Positions 32,463 through 43,030 of a DNA stretch of 64,000 nt are shown here, in pieces; the stretch's first letter is position 1, and each line of letters starts with the position of its first letter. The notes beneath the pieces are model-generated. The model searched no databases, had not been told where the DNA came from, and worked only from the letters and a program-made list of their open reading frames with translations. Origin of the DNA: Cyanobacteriota bacterium (lineage in GTDB: Bacteria > Cyanobacteriota > Cyanobacteriia > Thermostichales > Thermostichaceae); the NCBI GenBank assembly GCA_033764955.1, contig JANRIL010000048.1, forward strand, positions 32,001-96,000, given 5' to 3'. The position numbers and the translations under genes were made by a program.

Positions 32463-33163
32463 ACCCTTGCTTGAGCAGAAATACCCAGAATTGGCAACAG
32501 TTCCCCCAGCTCATCAATCAAATGGGTATGGGGGTGGGGTTGTAGCGCCTGACGGTCATGGGATCCATTGGTGATGCCAATCACATAGGCACACCCTGCT
32601 GCGGATCCCTGCTCCAGATCAGAAGGGGTATCCCCCACTTTGGCCACCTGCATGACCGATTCCACCCCTGTGCGGCGCATCGCTTCCCAAATCATGTCTG
32701 GGTAAGGACGACCTCTAGGCACTTCATCACTGGTCACACTGGCATCTATCACCCCACCTGCCAACCAACCCAGCCGCTTGAGGAGGGTATCGGCGGTCAA
32801 TCGATCAAACCCAGTATCGAGAGCAACGCGGATCCCTTGCTGACGGAGAGATTCAAACACCTGTGAGGCGTGATCTTTTTCCGCTACGCTGGGCGAGGTT
32901 TCATAAAAGTGCAGAATTGCCTGCCGATAAAGCTCATGCACCTGCCTCACCTGCTCTTGGCTGATGGGATGGTCAGGGGATCCATATTTTTCCAAGAGCA
33001 TCTGAACCGCCAATGGCTTGGGATAACCCATCACGGGATTGGTATCTTGCAGACCAATGACTAGACCAATTTGGGCAAAGGCGCGGATCAGGGCTTGACT
33101 GACATCGTGATTATCATGAACCGTTGTCCCTGCCATATCAAAAACAACCAGTTGAATTGTCAT
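32459..33163 (-). CDS. HAD hydrolase, phosphonatase-like
   Basis: VVFDMAGTT, DTGF, GRPYPDMI, KVGDTPSD. Confidence 0.88.
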   Translation of the reverse strand: MTIQLVVFDMAGTTVHDNHDVSQALIRAFAQIGLVIGLQDTNPVMGYPKPLAVQMLLEKYGSPDHPISQEQVRQVHELYRQAILHFYETSPSVAEKDHASQVFESLRQQGIRVALDTGFDRLTADTLLKRLGWLAGGVIDASVTSDEVPRGRPYPDMIWEAMRRTGVESVMQVAKVGDTPSDLEQGSAAGCAYVIGITNGSHDRQALQPHPHTHLIDELGELLPILGISAQARV

Positions 33164-33224
33164 ACCAACTCCCCAAACAAACTGAACCATTAAGCATCCA
33201 CAGATTCAAGAGTAATGGATCCCT

Positions 33225-33254
33225 GAATTAAATTTTCATGAAAGTGGCCTTAAA
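33225..33254 (-). promoter_or_regulatory. Possible Pho box (SphR site)
   Basis: Minus strand TTTAAGGC/TTTCATGA/TTTAATTC at 11-bp period upstream of the phosphonatase-like gene. Confidence 0.3.
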
Positions 33255-33353
33255 AAGTCATTGAGTCTAGAGATAAGCTCAATAGATTTTGTAGACAAAT
33301 CAATCCTTGCCACATGATAATTTGTTTTTGTTCCTGGCAAGCCAACTTGATTC

Positions 33354-33570
33354 TCAATACAACCCTTCCCTCAACCATTCAATACAATAGAAACACTTGG
33401 TAAACCAGCTTTTGAGTTGAGCCTGATCAATCAAGTTAATGGCTATCTCAATAAACTTTTGCAGACCTCTTGCTATCCTAGTCTTACGCTTACAAATCAG
33501 GATCTTAAGTTGTGACCACATCATTTCTATCAGATCAAACAATATCCTTAGACAACGGATTGGAAGGTTA
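33354..33570 (-). mobile_element. IS630-family transposase 3' remnant
   Basis: IEMMWSQLK...IEIAINLIDQAQLKSWFTKCFYC resembles IS630 C-termini; the rest is missing or degraded. Confidence 0.65.
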
Positions 33571-33717
33571 GTCAGAAAAACTCTATCCTTTTCCAAAAAG
33601 TTGGAGAATTTTATTGGGAGAATCTTCAACTTCTTGTATCACTACGATTTAGCATTACTTGAATGCAACATTACTTGGGGCTAGTGCAGATTTATCCTTT
33701 TAGATCTCTGCTATTTA

Positions 33718-35214
33718 CTAATACTCACTTAAAAGAGCCTCCACAAACTCATAGCTAGAAAATGGCCTGAGATCTTCCAACCCTTCTCCTGCTCCAATAA
33801 AGCGGATAGGCAACCCCATTTGTTGAGTGATAGCGAAGGCAATTCCCCCCTTGGCGGTACTATCCAGTTTAGTTAAAACAACCCCACTTAATTGAGCAGC
33901 TTGAGCAAATACTTCGGCCTGCCGCAGCCCATTTTGTCCGAGGGTGGCATCCAGAACTAATAGAGATTCTACAGTAGTATCGGGAGCTTTTTTGTCAATA
34001 ATCCGGCGGATTTTGGTCAATTCCTCCATCAGATTTTTCTTGTTTTGCAGACGACCAGCAGTATCAATCAGCAATAATTCCGTTTGTCGGGCTTGAGCCG
34101 CGCTGATGGCGTCATAGACAACAGCAGCGGGATCCGTATTTTGTCCAGGGTTGGCAATCACCTCTACACCGGAGCGATCCCCCCAAATTTTGAGTTGTTC
34201 TACGGCGGCGGCTCGAAAGGTATCAGCGGCGGCAATCAGAGATCGGTAGCCAGATTTTTGGGCGACATGAGCAATTTTGCCAATAGTGGTGGTTTTGCCT
34301 GCTCCATTCACGCCCACAATCAGCCAAATGTTGAGGCTATCACGGGTGGGAGCAAAGGTGGGATCCCCAATCTCAAGCATCTGGCGCATCTGTTCCTTCA
34401 GATACTTGACGGCTGCTTCGGGGGGGAGGGTTTCCCGCCGCATCCGCTCTTGCAGGGCAGCGATGACGCGATCCGTGGCGTTGACCCCCACATCGGACTG
34501 CAAGAGAAGGGTTTCGATCTCCTCGACGGCATCCGCATCAATCGGCCCACGTCCAACGAGAGCTTTCAGTTGATTGATCAGGTTGAGGCGGGTTTTGCCC
34601 AATCCTTGCCGCAGTTTTTGTAGCCAGGTAATTTCTTCTACCGAGATTTCTTCGGCTTTTCGCCCTTGAGCCGCCAAGATCTCGGCTGACCAACGGAATC
34701 CGGCATCAAAGGCAAGCTGGGTGGTGGGATCCTCTGGGGTTGGCGGAGGTGGAGGGGGGGGGTCGGGGATAGCGGTGGCTTCCAGTTTCTCTAGCCGCTC
34801 GGTTGCCTTAGCCGCCAAATCAAAAAAGGTTGGCGCGTTGGGGGATCCCTCAGAGAGAGAGACGGCTGAGGGGAGCGGCTCTAGGGGATCCAATGCTTGC
34901 TGGTTGTCTACTAGCGCCTCAATCGGCTGAGACTCAATTTCAGTTTCGGGGATGACAGCAGGCGGATCGGCAGGCGGGATCCCGATGTCTTGTGGGGGGG
35001 TATCGGGGGGGGCAGAAGTGGGAAGAGCGGTTTCTGCCGCCATCTGCTGAGCTTTTACATTGGCAAAGGCAGCCTTGGCGTAGGCTAGTAAATCAGCCGG
35101 TTCAGCGGGGGCAGCCTCAGCCGTAGAAGCGGTTGGTTCCGGTTCGGCAGGCGGTGGCTGAGAAGGTGGAGGAGTTTCTTTAGCAAAGCGACGGCGAAAC
35201 CAATCAAATGTCAT
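33718..35214 (-). CDS. ftsY: Signal recognition particle receptor
   Basis: GVNGAGKTTT, DTFRAAA, DTAGR, TKLD, acidic Pro-rich N-terminus. Confidence 0.98.
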   Translation of the reverse strand: MTFDWFRRRFAKETPPPSQPPPAEPEPTASTAEAAPAEPADLLAYAKAAFANVKAQQMAAETALPTSAPPDTPPQDIGIPPADPPAVIPETEIESQPIEALVDNQQALDPLEPLPSAVSLSEGSPNAPTFFDLAAKATERLEKLEATAIPDPPPPPPPTPEDPTTQLAFDAGFRWSAEILAAQGRKAEEISVEEITWLQKLRQGLGKTRLNLINQLKALVGRGPIDADAVEEIETLLLQSDVGVNATDRVIAALQERMRRETLPPEAAVKYLKEQMRQMLEIGDPTFAPTRDSLNIWLIVGVNGAGKTTTIGKIAHVAQKSGYRSLIAAADTFRAAAVEQLKIWGDRSGVEVIANPGQNTDPAAVVYDAISAAQARQTELLLIDTAGRLQNKKNLMEELTKIRRIIDKKAPDTTVESLLVLDATLGQNGLRQAEVFAQAAQLSGVVLTKLDSTAKGGIAFAITQQMGLPIRFIGAGEGLEDLRPFSSYEFVEALLSEY

Positions 35215-35379
35215 GCTGCTTTCTCCCCATCCGCACACATTACTGCCCATCATCCGCCCCTAGAGCGGACTCTCGCAACTACGATAACGTTATTTTGACC
35301 CTGACTTGGTGTTATCGCTGCTATCACCACATGATCAGCTACCCCTATCCGTCACAGAGATCCCAGGGATAGGGCGGGC

Positions 35380-35772
35380 TTAACGTTTGGTCGAGGGAGA
35401 GAGCAATTTTTGGGAGAGCAAGGTTTGTAGGGTTTGGCGCAACACGCCCAGGCCATCCGCTTTTTCCAGGCAGGCATCGGCTTGAGTGACAGAGCGTTTT
35501 AGATCGTCATCGGCAAAAGCAGACACTAAAACCAACAGAGGAGGATTGGCTAGGGCTTGCCGCAGGTGGCAAATCACTTGATATCCATCATGAAACCGAT
35601 GGAAGCGAGAGGCAAAAAGGGCATAGTCAACCATCGCCAGATCAAACGATTCCACTTGGTTGATAAATTCGCAGGTATCTTCAAAAGTTTTAACCGAAAA
35701 TATATCGCTCAGGGCTAACTCAACCGCACTACACCAAGCACGAGAATCGTCAAGTACAGCAACTTTATGCAT
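35380..35772 (-). CDS. Single-domain response regulator
   Basis: VAVLDDS, LAMVD, DGYQV, LVSA, LEK. Confidence 0.8.
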   Translation of the reverse strand: MHKVAVLDDSRAWCSAVELALSDIFSVKTFEDTCEFINQVESFDLAMVDYALFASRFHRFHDGYQVICHLRQALANPPLLVLVSAFADDDLKRSVTQADACLEKADGLGVLRQTLQTLLSQKLLSPSTKR

Positions 35773-36318
35773 GATTCACCCTTGTTCTCTCTAAATTGGC
35801 AGATTCTTGAGCTTCTCTTGGTTTCGATCATTGATATCTTAGAGGGAGCCGAAACCCCAGGTCTCATCAAACCTTTCACAAATACTGCTGAAAAAAGTAT
35901 TTTTCTCAGACAATATGGTCAAAGTGCAAAGCTTTGCCCTTAAATTTTGATCTTTAAAAGTTTGATCATTACGATCTGATTCAAAAATAAACACAGCTAA
36001 GCTAGCATGACTAACTTGCGAAGGGACTAGTAAAATTATCGATCTTTCGGTTCTCTAGCCATCCTCCAGACGAGGCAGGCTAGCGCCCCTAGCAATGGTG
36101 AGAATGTCAGCTACATCGCCACGGTTTGATGGATCCCTTTCCATGCGGATTTTCTGCTCCTCCCCATTCGGGTTAGGTGACTATTCAATATGTGAGGTCT
36201 TCAGTATCTAACGAGTATCAAATTTTATGTCTGATCTCAGTCACACGGAAGATGGCCTATCCGTCACGCTCTTGATGTCCTGTCCTTGGCAGGTGACAAT
36301 AGAAAAATCCTTAAATTC

Positions 36319-37038
36319 ATGATCCTCCCTCCTGTGAATCCTGTTCGTACCGTTTCTGCCACCAAAGCCGCTTTTTTTGGGGCTTATGCTCGTCCCATCA
36401 ACTCTGTGTATCGTCGCGTGATTGAGGAGTTGCTCGTTGAACTCCATCTGGTGACGGTGAATGCTCAGTTTGTTTACGATCCGTTTTTTGCCCTAGGCTT
36501 GGTAACGGTCTACGACGCACTTATGGAGGGCTACCAGCCTTCTGATCAGCGGGATCCCATTTATCAGGCGCTCTGCAAATCCCTGCAACTAAAACCAGAG
36601 GTTTTGCGGCAGGACGCCCAAACCCTACTCGATCTCCTGCGCTCCGCCGATCCGCAGCAACGGTTATCCCTGCTTACCCTTCGCAACGACGCGATGGATG
36701 TGGGAGGGATCCGCAGCATTTTGGAACGGATGCGTTCTGGCTCCTATGCCTACAGCCGCATTTTGGGGATTGGCTTGTTTACCTGCTATGACCTGCTTCA
36801 GCAGGCTCTGAACCGCGAAAGTGAATCGCGCCTTGAGCCGTTTGTGACCGAGATGGCTATCCCCCTTGGTTTTAGTGGGGAACGGGTGAAGCGAGATCTG
36901 GAACTCTATCGCAATAGCCTAGAGCGCATGAAGCAAGCCCGTGCTGTCGTAGAGGAAATGGTGAAAGCAGCCCGTCGACAGCAAGAACGCCGCCAAACCG
37001 TTTTGGCTCAGCCGGAGGGCGGCAAAGCCCAAGCTTAA
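36319..37038 (+). CDS. psb29: Photosystem II biogenesis protein Psb29/Thf1
   Basis: RTVSATK...RPINSVYRRVIEELLVELHL, YSR..GIGLF, DLELYRNSL; start 36319 or 36334. Confidence 0.95.
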   Translation: MILPPVNPVRTVSATKAAFFGAYARPINSVYRRVIEELLVELHLVTVNAQFVYDPFFALGLVTVYDALMEGYQPSDQRDPIYQALCKSLQLKPEVLRQDAQTLLDLLRSADPQQRLSLLTLRNDAMDVGGIRSILERMRSGSYAYSRILGIGLFTCYDLLQQALNRESESRLEPFVTEMAIPLGFSGERVKRDLELYRNSLERMKQARAVVEEMVKAARRQQERRQTVLAQPEGGKAQA

Positions 37039-37064
37039 GCATAAATAAGCCCAATATAAATGCG

Positions 37065-37418
37065 ATGGCGGTTGCATCTTCTCTCTGGATCCTCATGACC
37101 ACAGTAGCCACCTCAGATCAGGCGGAGCGCTTAGCCACTGCCCTCGTGGAGGAAGAATGGGTGGCCTGTGCCCAGATTTTGCCGTCGATGCAGTCAATTT
37201 ATCGCTGGCAGGGATCCCTAGAGCGTTCTTCCGAACAGTTGATCCTTTTGAAAACGACCGCCGCCGCTTATGTGGGTGTTGAGCAGCGATTGCGGCAACT
37301 GCATCCCTATCAAGAGCCAGAAATTCTGGCGATTCCTGCCAGTGCCGTTAGTTCTAGCTATTTGGCCTGGGTTCTGGAACAAACCGCTTCTCGACAGGGA
37401 TCCCCCCCCTCTGGGTAG
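37065..37418 (+). CDS. cutA: Divalent-cation tolerance protein
   Basis: ACAQI, SIYRWQG, HPYQEPEI, YLAW. Confidence 0.93.
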   Translation: MAVASSLWILMTTVATSDQAERLATALVEEEWVACAQILPSMQSIYRWQGSLERSSEQLILLKTTAAAYVGVEQRLRQLHPYQEPEILAIPASAVSSSYLAWVLEQTASRQGSPPSG

Positions 37419-37433
37419 CGTGAGGTGGAATGG

Positions 37434-38603
37434 TCACCGAAAGGGTTGCCAGGAGGGATCCCAACGCTCAGCCACCTGTTGTGTGATCAGTCGAACATAG
37501 GCTGACCAATCTTGTGCTGCCAGATCCGGTGGTGCAAGGAGCGTAATATGACCTAGTTTACGCCCTGGCCGCGAGATTGATTTGCCATACCAATGGAGAT
37601 GAGCCTGGGGTAGAGCAGCCAGAGCCTGCCGTTGCTGAGGATAATCCGACTCGGCGTTTTCAAAACCAAGCAGATTGACCATTACCGCCCCCAAACAGGT
37701 GAGGTGGGGATCCCCTAGAGGTAGGTCGCCGATGGCACGCAGATGTTGGGCAAATTGGGAGGTGGCGCAGGCATCCAGGGTATAGTGCCCGGAGTTGTGG
37801 GTGCGCGGAGATATTTCATTGACCAGTAATTTGTCCTGTTCGGTGAGAAATAGCTCCAGTCCAAACAGCCCCACCACATCCAGGTGTTCCAGGATGGTTT
37901 GTAGTATGGCCTTAGCCACGCTTTCCACCGAGGGCGGGATAGCCGCCGGAGCTACCACCCAACGGCAGACTTGATTTTGCTGGATCGTCTCCACCACCGG
38001 ATAGAGAGCGATCTCCCCCCTAGCGGAACGCGCCCCCACGATAGCCAGTTCTCGCTGAAAGGGAATGTAGGCTTCCAGCAGGAGGGGTTGGGATCCCATC
38101 TGATGGAGGATTTTCTGTAATGACTCAGGATCCCCAGCCATTTGAGTGCCCAAGCCGTCATAACCATGTCGTCGCGCCTTGACCACCAAGGGAAATCCGC
38201 CCAAGTCGGCAATTTGTTGGGGGGTGGGGGGATGGGAAATGGCGAGGCAGGGGGGAGTGGGCAACCCCAGGTGTTGCAAAAACAACCGTTGTTGATATTT
38301 GTCCAACACAGGACTCAGCGCCGCCAGGGAAGGACGAAAGCAAACCCCCTGGGTGGCTAATTTTTGCAAAGCACTCACATCCACAAATTCATTTTCAAAG
38401 GTAATCACCTCCACCTGTTCGGCTAGGCGCATGGTGGCCTCCGCATCCTGAAGGGATCCCCAAACCACTCCGCTGGCAACCCCGACCGCCGGGTCATGGG
38501 GATGGGGGGTCTGGATCCAGATCTGGATCCCCAGTTCTTGACCAGCGAGCGCCAACAGTTGAGCCAGTTGACCGCCGCCTATCACCCCGACTCGCCTTAG
38601 CAT
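37434..38603 (-). CDS. purK: N5-carboxyaminoimidazole ribonucleotide synthase
   Basis: GVIGGGQLA, TFENEF, GYDG, NEISPRTHNSGH, RPGRKLGH. Confidence 0.96.
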   Translation of the reverse strand: MLRRVGVIGGGQLAQLLALAGQELGIQIWIQTPHPHDPAVGVASGVVWGSLQDAEATMRLAEQVEVITFENEFVDVSALQKLATQGVCFRPSLAALSPVLDKYQQRLFLQHLGLPTPPCLAISHPPTPQQIADLGGFPLVVKARRHGYDGLGTQMAGDPESLQKILHQMGSQPLLLEAYIPFQRELAIVGARSARGEIALYPVVETIQQNQVCRWVVAPAAIPPSVESVAKAILQTILEHLDVVGLFGLELFLTEQDKLLVNEISPRTHNSGHYTLDACATSQFAQHLRAIGDLPLGDPHLTCLGAVMVNLLGFENAESDYPQQRQALAALPQAHLHWYGKSISRPGRKLGHITLLAPPDLAAQDWSAYVRLITQQVAERWDPSWQPFR

Positions 38604-38780
38604 GATATCGCCCAAACCCATGACGTGAAACGAGCATAGAGCAGGCAGAGACAACTGACCAGAGGGAAGCCTCCCCCTTTCACTCCGCCTGTTGGAAGAT
38701 CGGGCAGGGATATCCTATCCTTATTGGAGACAACCGCTCCGATCCATAGAAAATTTGTACCCAATTAGGCTACTTTTCAG

Positions 38781-39497
38781 ATGGCAGAAAAAAATAATCC
38801 CATTCAAAAAATTAGTTATTTTGACGAGGGGTATCGCGCCCAAAAATTTGCTCAACTGCATCAAAAAAAGGATGTTTTCTTTGTGCAGGTTGGTGGCATG
38901 GATGGCAAGCAGTTTGATCCCATTTATCCTGCTGTCCAAAGGTATGGCTGGTCCGGCTTAATTGTGGAGCCATTGCCTGATTTATACGCCCTCCTTTGTC
39001 AAACCTATCAACCCTATCCTCAAATTATTTTGGAAGCCTGCGCTATCACGGAAAGCTCAGGTTGGGTGACTATGCATCGCATTCCCTTAGCCATTGTAGA
39101 AGATGGATCCCTACCGGATTGGACAACGGGAATTGCATCGGTGCGAGAGGATGAGAATCGCTTAGGAGGTATCCGCAAAGATAGTCTTCTGTATGAGAAA
39201 ATCCAACCCTATTTGGTTCAGGAACAGGTGGTAGGGCTAACGCTTGCTGAGCTGTTGGTCAAGCATCATGTTAAACAAATGGATGTCTTACAGATTGATG
39301 CTGAGGGCATGGACTACCATATTTTGAAGCAGCTTGACTTTTCAACCTATCAACCCTATCTAATCAACCTAGAATTTGCGAATTTACCCGAGTCAGAACA
39401 ACTGGCTACCCTTGATTTATTGGAGCAGCATGGCTATCGTTATCGCTGTGAAGCAGGACATGGGTTAGATTTATTGGCCGAGCGCTTGCTAGAATAG
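38781..39497 (+). CDS. FkbM-family methyltransferase
   Basis: FVQVGGMDG, VEP, LQIDAEGMD. Confidence 0.88.
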   Translation: MAEKNNPIQKISYFDEGYRAQKFAQLHQKKDVFFVQVGGMDGKQFDPIYPAVQRYGWSGLIVEPLPDLYALLCQTYQPYPQIILEACAITESSGWVTMHRIPLAIVEDGSLPDWTTGIASVREDENRLGGIRKDSLLYEKIQPYLVQEQVVGLTLAELLVKHHVKQMDVLQIDAEGMDYHILKQLDFSTYQPYLINLEFANLPESEQLATLDLLEQHGYRYRCEAGHGLDLLAERLLE

Positions 39498-39630
39498 CTA
39501 ACTAGGATCATCGTTGTCGCCGGAGCTATTTGCTGGCAGACTACAAAAAGAGGGCTTCACACCTGTCTTGGTATGAGTTCTTACTGTTTTTTATCCTAAT
39601 CTTTACCCGTTAATTACAGGGAGTTAAATT

Positions 39631-39816
39631 GTGGAATTTCCTGAACTTAAAGCTCTTGTAGAACGCGCTCTAGAAGATAAACAGCTAACCCGATATGAAC
39701 AACGACAAATTATGATGGCAGTGGTGGATGACAAAACAATTTCACCGGAAGAGCATGAATTGCTCGAATCGATTGTGGAAAAGATTTCTAGCGGCGAGAT
39801 CAAGGCTGTTGATTAG
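39631..39816 (+). CDS. Small hypothetical protein with two EF-hand-like loops
   Basis: GGAG RBS; EDKQLTRYE and DDKTISPEE. Confidence 0.7.
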   Translation: MEFPELKALVERALEDKQLTRYEQRQIMMAVVDDKTISPEEHELLESIVEKISSGEIKAVD

Positions 39817-39865
39817 CAACATCATTCCATAGACATATTCTTGGCTGGCAAGGATTCTTAGGTCT

Positions 39866-41080
39866 CTACTTTGTCCTAAGTTCTCTCCTAACGTCGGTAA
39901 CTCGCCAACTAAGGTGCAGATTGAGATAAAAGTTCCAAAACATGACTGTGGCAATAGCCAACAGGTTTGCCAACAAATAGTGAATACCCAACCCATCCGT
40001 TAACATAATCAGGAGTAGCGAGTTAATTCCTAAACCCAGCAAGCAGATTACGTTAAATTTCACCAACCGTTTCAGCCGATTATGGGATCCCGGTTGTTTA
40101 CGGGTAATATCTCGGAATGTCCAGAGATCATTCCACAAGAAGTTGTTGAGGATAGCACACTCTGCTGCCACCAATTTACTGGCTACTAGGCCAAATCCCC
40201 AGCCCGTCGCATCATGCAATAGGTAGAGCAAGCTCATGTCCACCAAAACCCCTGAGCAGCCCACTAATCCGAAGCGCAGAAATCGCAGGATAGGCCAAAG
40301 AGAGAGCCGTAAATAGAGAAGATGCTGGAGATAGTGCCCATAAACCTGTAAAGAAATTTTGCTTTCCCCTTCCTGTCGTTCTTGAAAGACGTAACCCACT
40401 TCGCTAATCTGGCTGATGCTGCCCCGCCCCAACACTTCAATCAATATTTTGTAGCCAAAGGGATAGAGATCTCTCCCCGCAATCGCTGTCCGCCGCACTA
40501 AAAAAAATCCACTTAAGGGATCCGTCACCCGCCCTAGGATCCCTGGCAAAAGAATCAAACCAATTAACTGTGCCCCCCGCGAAATGATCCGCCGCTCAAC
40601 ACTCCATTGACTGACCCCACCCCCTTCCACATGGCGACTGGCAACCGCCAGATCGGATCCTGCCTGCATAGCTGCCACTAGATCTAGCAAGACATGGGGA
40701 GGATGCTGCAAATCTCCATCGATGACTCCCAAAACCTGCCCCCGCGCCAGTTGCCACCCTTGTAAGACAGCAGTCGCCAGTCCCCGGTCTCCCTGACGAC
40801 GCAGTACACGCAAGGCCGGATACTCTGCTCGTAAAAATTCGGCAACTTGCCATGTTTGATCCGGGCTGTCATCATCCACCACCACCAACTCATATTGATT
40901 GGCAAGAATAGGATCTAACAACTGACTAAGCTGGGCAATCAGGGGTTTCAGATTATGCGCTTCGTTATAAGTAGGAATGACCAACGACAAGAACAAGGGA
41001 TCCCCCGTCGCCAAAGACAAAGCTGGCACCCGATAGGCGCGCATTCCCCAATTTTGCGACATCATACTCCTCACACCCAC
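39866..41080 (-). CDS. GT2 polyprenol-phosphate glycosyltransferase fused to GtrA-like domain
   Basis: VIPTYNE, VVDDDSPD, IDGDLQHPP, DPLSGFF; C-terminal RFGLVG and four TM segments; start uncertain. Confidence 0.92.
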   Translation of the reverse strand: MGVRSMMSQNWGMRAYRVPALSLATGDPLFLSLVIPTYNEAHNLKPLIAQLSQLLDPILANQYELVVVDDDSPDQTWQVAEFLRAEYPALRVLRRQGDRGLATAVLQGWQLARGQVLGVIDGDLQHPPHVLLDLVAAMQAGSDLAVASRHVEGGGVSQWSVERRIISRGAQLIGLILLPGILGRVTDPLSGFFLVRRTAIAGRDLYPFGYKILIEVLGRGSISQISEVGYVFQERQEGESKISLQVYGHYLQHLLYLRLSLWPILRFLRFGLVGCSGVLVDMSLLYLLHDATGWGFGLVASKLVAAECAILNNFLWNDLWTFRDITRKQPGSHNRLKRLVKFNVICLLGLGINSLLLIMLTDGLGIHYLLANLLAIATVMFWNFYLNLHLSWRVTDVRRELRTK

Positions 41081-41137
41081 AACACATCAATCTGCACAAC
41101 CCTACCAGAGAATAGGAGTAAACGCAGAAAAACAGGA

Positions 41138-42304
41138 TTATTTTATCGAGAATTGTCGCCATGCTGAACTGAACAAATAGGCGATAACTTGAGAACGATA
41201 CGGCAAATTCCAAATCACTCGTAAGAACTCTATCCAATCCGGTTTAGCAAAATCAGCTTGGCAAGGGTAATTGGCACAGTAGTAGTGATAAGCCACTTGA
41301 TAGTTTTTTATATTTAGGCTAAGAACCCGAATGGGTTTAGAGGGATGCATCATACCCCATAGTAAAGCCGTCTGTTGCCAGGATATTTTTATCTTTGAAA
41401 TAGAATGAACAACTAAATCATATTCTGGCTGTTGAGCAAGATATTCGGGTAAAAGGTTATGCAGAAACTTTAAGCCAACTTGCAACGATAGCAAAGTATG
41501 GGAGCAGGTTGCTATTTGGATTAACTCGTGCCAGTTAATAGATTCAGAATGAGCAAAAATCATGCAAGCATCTGCAATCCATCGTAGAGGTGGAACATCA
41601 TTCCATGCCAATCCATGTGAGATAACATGTAATAGCAAATCTATTTTATTGAGAGTTTGAATTTCCCTCCCTTGGAAGTAAGCTGTTTTTGCTCTTTGCC
41701 AAGGATCATAACCGGGAAACAGAAACCAATGTAGATCAATCTCATAACCATATTGATTATGAAATGCTATAGAACCAAACCGATATTGAATCATATCCTT
41801 AGGAGTTTCGTTTATTCGATTCATGATTTCCGGATATTTAATATGCCAGCCAGCATTTAACAAAATATTGATAGCCAGAGTAATAGAATTAGATGGAATC
41901 AAGATATCAATATCCTGCATCGGACGAAAGCAAGGGCTAGAGTAAAAACCATCTGCCACTAGGGAAAATCCCTTAAGAAACAGTATGGGTATACCTTGAT
42001 GTTCCATTACGTCAATAACTTGTTGAGCAAAATAAAATAGGAGTTGATTACTAAAAGAAGCTTTACGGCGGATGCCTCTTAATTTCTGAGTTAAATCATC
42101 CCGAATGGAACAACTTTCAAGGTTATATGATAAAAGTGGAATTAATTTCAAACTACCTGCATCAAGGTTGTCAATGCTTTCATATTGACGCCATGTTGTC
42201 CAGGCTGACCCTACTTGTTTGGGATCCCTTGATAGTGCTGCCGTCAAGAGAAGCTTCTGGCTAGAATTGGGCAGGCTGTTACCTTGATAATTTCTAGTTT
42301 TCAT
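41138..42304 (-). CDS. Nucleotidyltransferase (NTP_transf_5-like)
   Basis: FLKG...RPMQDIDILI...EIDLHW, LRWIADA. Confidence 0.88.
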   Translation of the reverse strand: MKTRNYQGNSLPNSSQKLLLTAALSRDPKQVGSAWTTWRQYESIDNLDAGSLKLIPLLSYNLESCSIRDDLTQKLRGIRRKASFSNQLLFYFAQQVIDVMEHQGIPILFLKGFSLVADGFYSSPCFRPMQDIDILIPSNSITLAINILLNAGWHIKYPEIMNRINETPKDMIQYRFGSIAFHNQYGYEIDLHWFLFPGYDPWQRAKTAYFQGREIQTLNKIDLLLHVISHGLAWNDVPPLRWIADACMIFAHSESINWHELIQIATCSHTLLSLQVGLKFLHNLLPEYLAQQPEYDLVVHSISKIKISWQQTALLWGMMHPSKPIRVLSLNIKNYQVAYHYYCANYPCQADFAKPDWIEFLRVIWNLPYRSQVIAYLFSSAWRQFSIK

Positions 42305-42992
42305 GCCAACCTCGCCGCCGATCTAAGATCTTTTTGAGGATTCCTGGAAAATATTTTGGGGCAGGATCTCGTCGGCACAAGTTATTCTGATGCACCCGCC
42401 GCAACAGAACAGTTTGAGGCAACATCATTTCAACAAGTTTTTGGTCTTGAGCACGGGCATACCAATCCATAAAAAATCCACTATCAAAATCACCTATCTT
42501 CTCAAAAGAACAACGGTTGATCAGCATTGCCCCTCGTAGATAGCCACAGACAGGTTGCTCGTTAACTTTTAGTTTAGAACGCTCCTGTTCACTTAGATCT
42601 GGGCTAATAAATTGCTGTACATGACCAAAAACCATATCAACGTCTGGATTCTTCTGCATGGCATCTATTTGTGCAGATAGCTTTCGAGGCAGCCAAATAT
42701 CATCAGCATCGATAAAAGCTAAATAATTTCCCTGAGCCAGACGGATCCCTTGTTTAAGAGCTTCGGAGGCGCTATCTTTTGACTCCCAACATCCCTGCTT
42801 AACATAGTGAACAGGTTCTCCAAATGATTGAACAATAGAAGCAGATTGATCTGTAGAAAAATCATCAACAACAATAACCTCTAAAACAGGATAATCCTGA
42901 TCAAGAATAGATTGTATAGCATCACGAATATAAAGCTCACCATTATACATGGGTATAACAACACTAACTTGGAATAGGTTGGATAAGTGCAT
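42294..42992 (-). CDS. Glycosyltransferase family 2
   Basis: VSVVIPMYN, VVDDFSTD, FIDADDIW, RRVHQNN. Confidence 0.92.
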   Translation of the reverse strand: MHLSNLFQVSVVIPMYNGELYIRDAIQSILDQDYPVLEVIVVDDFSTDQSASIVQSFGEPVHYVKQGCWESKDSASEALKQGIRLAQGNYLAFIDADDIWLPRKLSAQIDAMQKNPDVDMVFGHVQQFISPDLSEQERSKLKVNEQPVCGYLRGAMLINRCSFEKIGDFDSGFFMDWYARAQDQKLVEMMLPQTVLLRRVHQNNLCRRDPAPKYFPGILKKILDRRRGWHEN

Positions 42993-43030
42993 ATCTAAAG
43001 TTCACAACTAAGATGTGGTGAGAGGTTCAG

